From: Ophelia neglecta
Taxonomy: Eukaryota
Direction of reading: 5' to 3'
NCBI GenBank assembly: GCA_965285935.1
Contig: OZ260663.1
Coordinates: forward strand, 111,600,001 to 111,664,000
DNA length: 64,000 bases
In this document: positions 61,787 through 64,000 of the stretch, one piece after another
How the letters are laid out: the number at the start of each line of letters is the position of its first letter
How positions within the stretch are numbered: the stretch's first letter is position 1
Notes under the pieces: generated by a model
Told to the model about the DNA's origin: nothing
Seen by the model: the letters and a program-made list of their open reading frames with translations, nothing else
The model's database searches: none
Program-made: the position numbers and the translations under genes

Positions 61787-64000
61787 AATTTATTTATTTA
61801 TTTATTTATTTATTTATCAAATTCTTTATGCTGAATAGCCCTGTCAGCAGCAGCTGTTCTTCCCCGGGGTCCAGTTACAATAAAACACCATACACATAAA
61901 ATACATTCAATTTCTACCACAATACACATGCATGAAATAGAAAACATAAACCAAAACAATTAATAATTAAAAGATTAGGGATCAGCTACGTCACCTCAAC
62001 GACAGCGAGTCCCAGAAGGATAACCACTTAAGATCTAATCGCCCTTTTAAAACAATGAATACTAGTCAGGTTTCTTACATCACCAGTGATTTGGGTCCAT
62101 AAGCTTGGTGCCATATATTCGAAAGATTGGCGCACAAGTTCATAGTGGAGCCTCTTCGGAACCAGTAAATTTGACATTCTTTGGCGTGTATTGCTCGAGT
62201 GAAGGTCGTGGACCAAGGTCAAACTTTCCTTTAATATAACAGGAGCTTGATCATTTATACATTTAAAAGTGAGTATTTTCAAGAAATAATCCCTACGCTC
62301 AGAGAGAGACTGTAAGCCAAGTTTCTTAACTAAATCAAGGCCTCGAACGTTGTAATCAAAATTACCTGTAATAAAGCGGGCAGCTCTGTTTTGGAATCCT
62401 TGGATTTTTTTAAGGTTTCTATCACTACAGTAACCCCATATTGTTAGGCAATAGTCGAAAAGTGGCTGAACAATAGCAGTGTACACCTTCAATAATGAGT
62501 TGATATCAATCTTTTTCCTTAGACGGCCCAACATGGCTATCTTAGGTGAAATCTTCTTTGCTAAACCAATTACATGACTATCCCAAGAGAGGGTTTCGTC
62601 AAGAGTTACACCCAAGTATTTTGCTTCCTTGACAATACACATATTGATGTCGTTAACTTTTATAGGGTGTTCACCTGGATCATTCACCTTGTTTTTGGTT
62701 CCTATCTTCATTGTGCAGCATTTACTAGAATTCAATGTTAAATGATTGTCACCGAACCACTTAACTACCCTGTCAGTATCGCTTTGGAGACAATCCTGTA
62801 CTTCAGTGAAATCACCGCCTACAGAATAAATAGCCGTATCGTCGGCAAACATATTACAAAAGGAGTCTCTAATTGCAGTTGGCAAATCATTAACGTAAAG
62901 GAGAAATAATATCGGGCCTAAAACTGAGCCCTGAGGGACCCCGTATTTTAATTCCAAAAAACTTGATATTTTGCCGTGGGCGCGCACGGCTTGTTTACGA
63001 TTACTTAAATAATTTTCGAACCATTTGTGGGCATTATTGCGTATCCCATAATGGTTTAATTTTGTTAGCAGAATGCCATGATCGATAGTGTCAAAGCACT
63101 TTGAGAGATCGAAAAAACACATTCCGCCCACCGATCCATCATTTATGCCATCTTATAGGTCAATAATCACTCTATGCAGCGATGTCTGTGTTGAATGATT
63201 TGGACGATAAGCAGACTGATCATGAGTGATAAAGTCATGGGCTACCAAATATTCTTTTAATTGTCCCTGTACAAGTCGTTCAATTAATTTTGAAATATGA
63301 GGAATAACGGAAACAGGTCGATAGTTATCTGCAATATCTCTAGGACCCTTGTTTTTGTAAATTGGAGTCACTCTAGAAGATTTCCAATCAGCAGGAAAAA
63401 CACCTCCAGCCAGTGAGACATTAAATAAATGTGTTAAGCTAGGAGAAATAACGTTCGCAGCTAGCCTCATAACTTTACCATCCATATCTAAAATATCGAT
63501 GTTCGAGTATTCGCTGAAATTCATCAAACATCTGAGGGTTTCGGTTACAGTGATTGGACGAAATTCGAAAGTATGTATACTGGACGGGAGTGTCCATTCG
63601 TAGGGTGGGAGCTGTGCAAAAGGTGTAGCAAGTTTTTTGCCAACATTGGCAAAGAAAGAGTTAAACTGCAATGCCGTTATACTATCAGGCAATGGTGAAT
63701 GCGGGCCTACAAAGCCCATAGCCTTTTTAAGAATCGTCCACATCTGCCTATCATTTCCCTTATTTTCATCAATCCGTATTTCCAGATATTTACGCTCAAG
63801 TAATTCTATCTCCGCGGTAATCTGATTTCGTAAAGATCGATACGAGTCCATTAAAATTGGACACTTTAGTTTTGTAGCAAGTTCCTAAATGCGATCTCGC
63901 CTATACATACTTTTAATGATGTCAGAATTGATCCAGGGCTTGTATCCATCCCTGACACGATGTTGTCGGAGAGGTGCATGTTTATTTAAACATTCAGAAA
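61787..64000 (-). mobile_element. CR1/L2-group LINE, continuing beyond the window end, with (ATAA)n 3' tail
   Basis: RT motifs NYRPVSVIPHISKLIE, QSAYRPNHST, FFDLSKCFDTIDH, GVPQGSVLGP, FADD, KYLGVTLD. 3' UTR 61818-62027. (ttta)n at 61787-61817. Confidence 0.95.
62028..64000 (-). pseudogene. Disabled LINE ORF2 (RT) with two in-frame stops
   Basis: ORFs 63153..63851 and 62028..63131 are in the same frame, separated by TAA at 63153-63155. A second stop (TAG) lies at about 63885-63887 in KHAPLRQHRVRDGYKPWINSDIIKSMYRRDRI*ELA. Confidence 0.9.

Overview
AT-rich, intron-containing eukaryotic DNA, probably from a marine invertebrate (inferred from the NIT-type gene and CR1/L2-like LINEs). There are no operons, rRNA, convincing tRNA or CRISPR arrays. 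The only host gene I can support is a + strand spliced gene: three exons (45087-45177, 45654-45853, 46359-47132) join in frame into the C-terminal 354 aa of a NIT (nitrate/nitrite-sensing) domain membrane protein. It resembles the sensor part of invertebrate NIT-guanylyl cyclases but stops about 57 aa after the transmembrane helix, with no cyclase domain. Its upstream exon(s) were not located. The rest is repetitive: a young 5'-truncated LINE inserted in register into a 37/40-bp minisatellite, a second LINE with two nonsense codons that runs off the window end, older LINE fragments, three Tc1/mariner-type MITE copies, a Harbinger-like MITE, and at least 12 different tandem-repeat arrays. Several arrays show dimer or trimer higher-order structure and sit next to poly-G/poly-C tracts. 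Most ORFs in the supplied track are chance ORFs or repeat translations.
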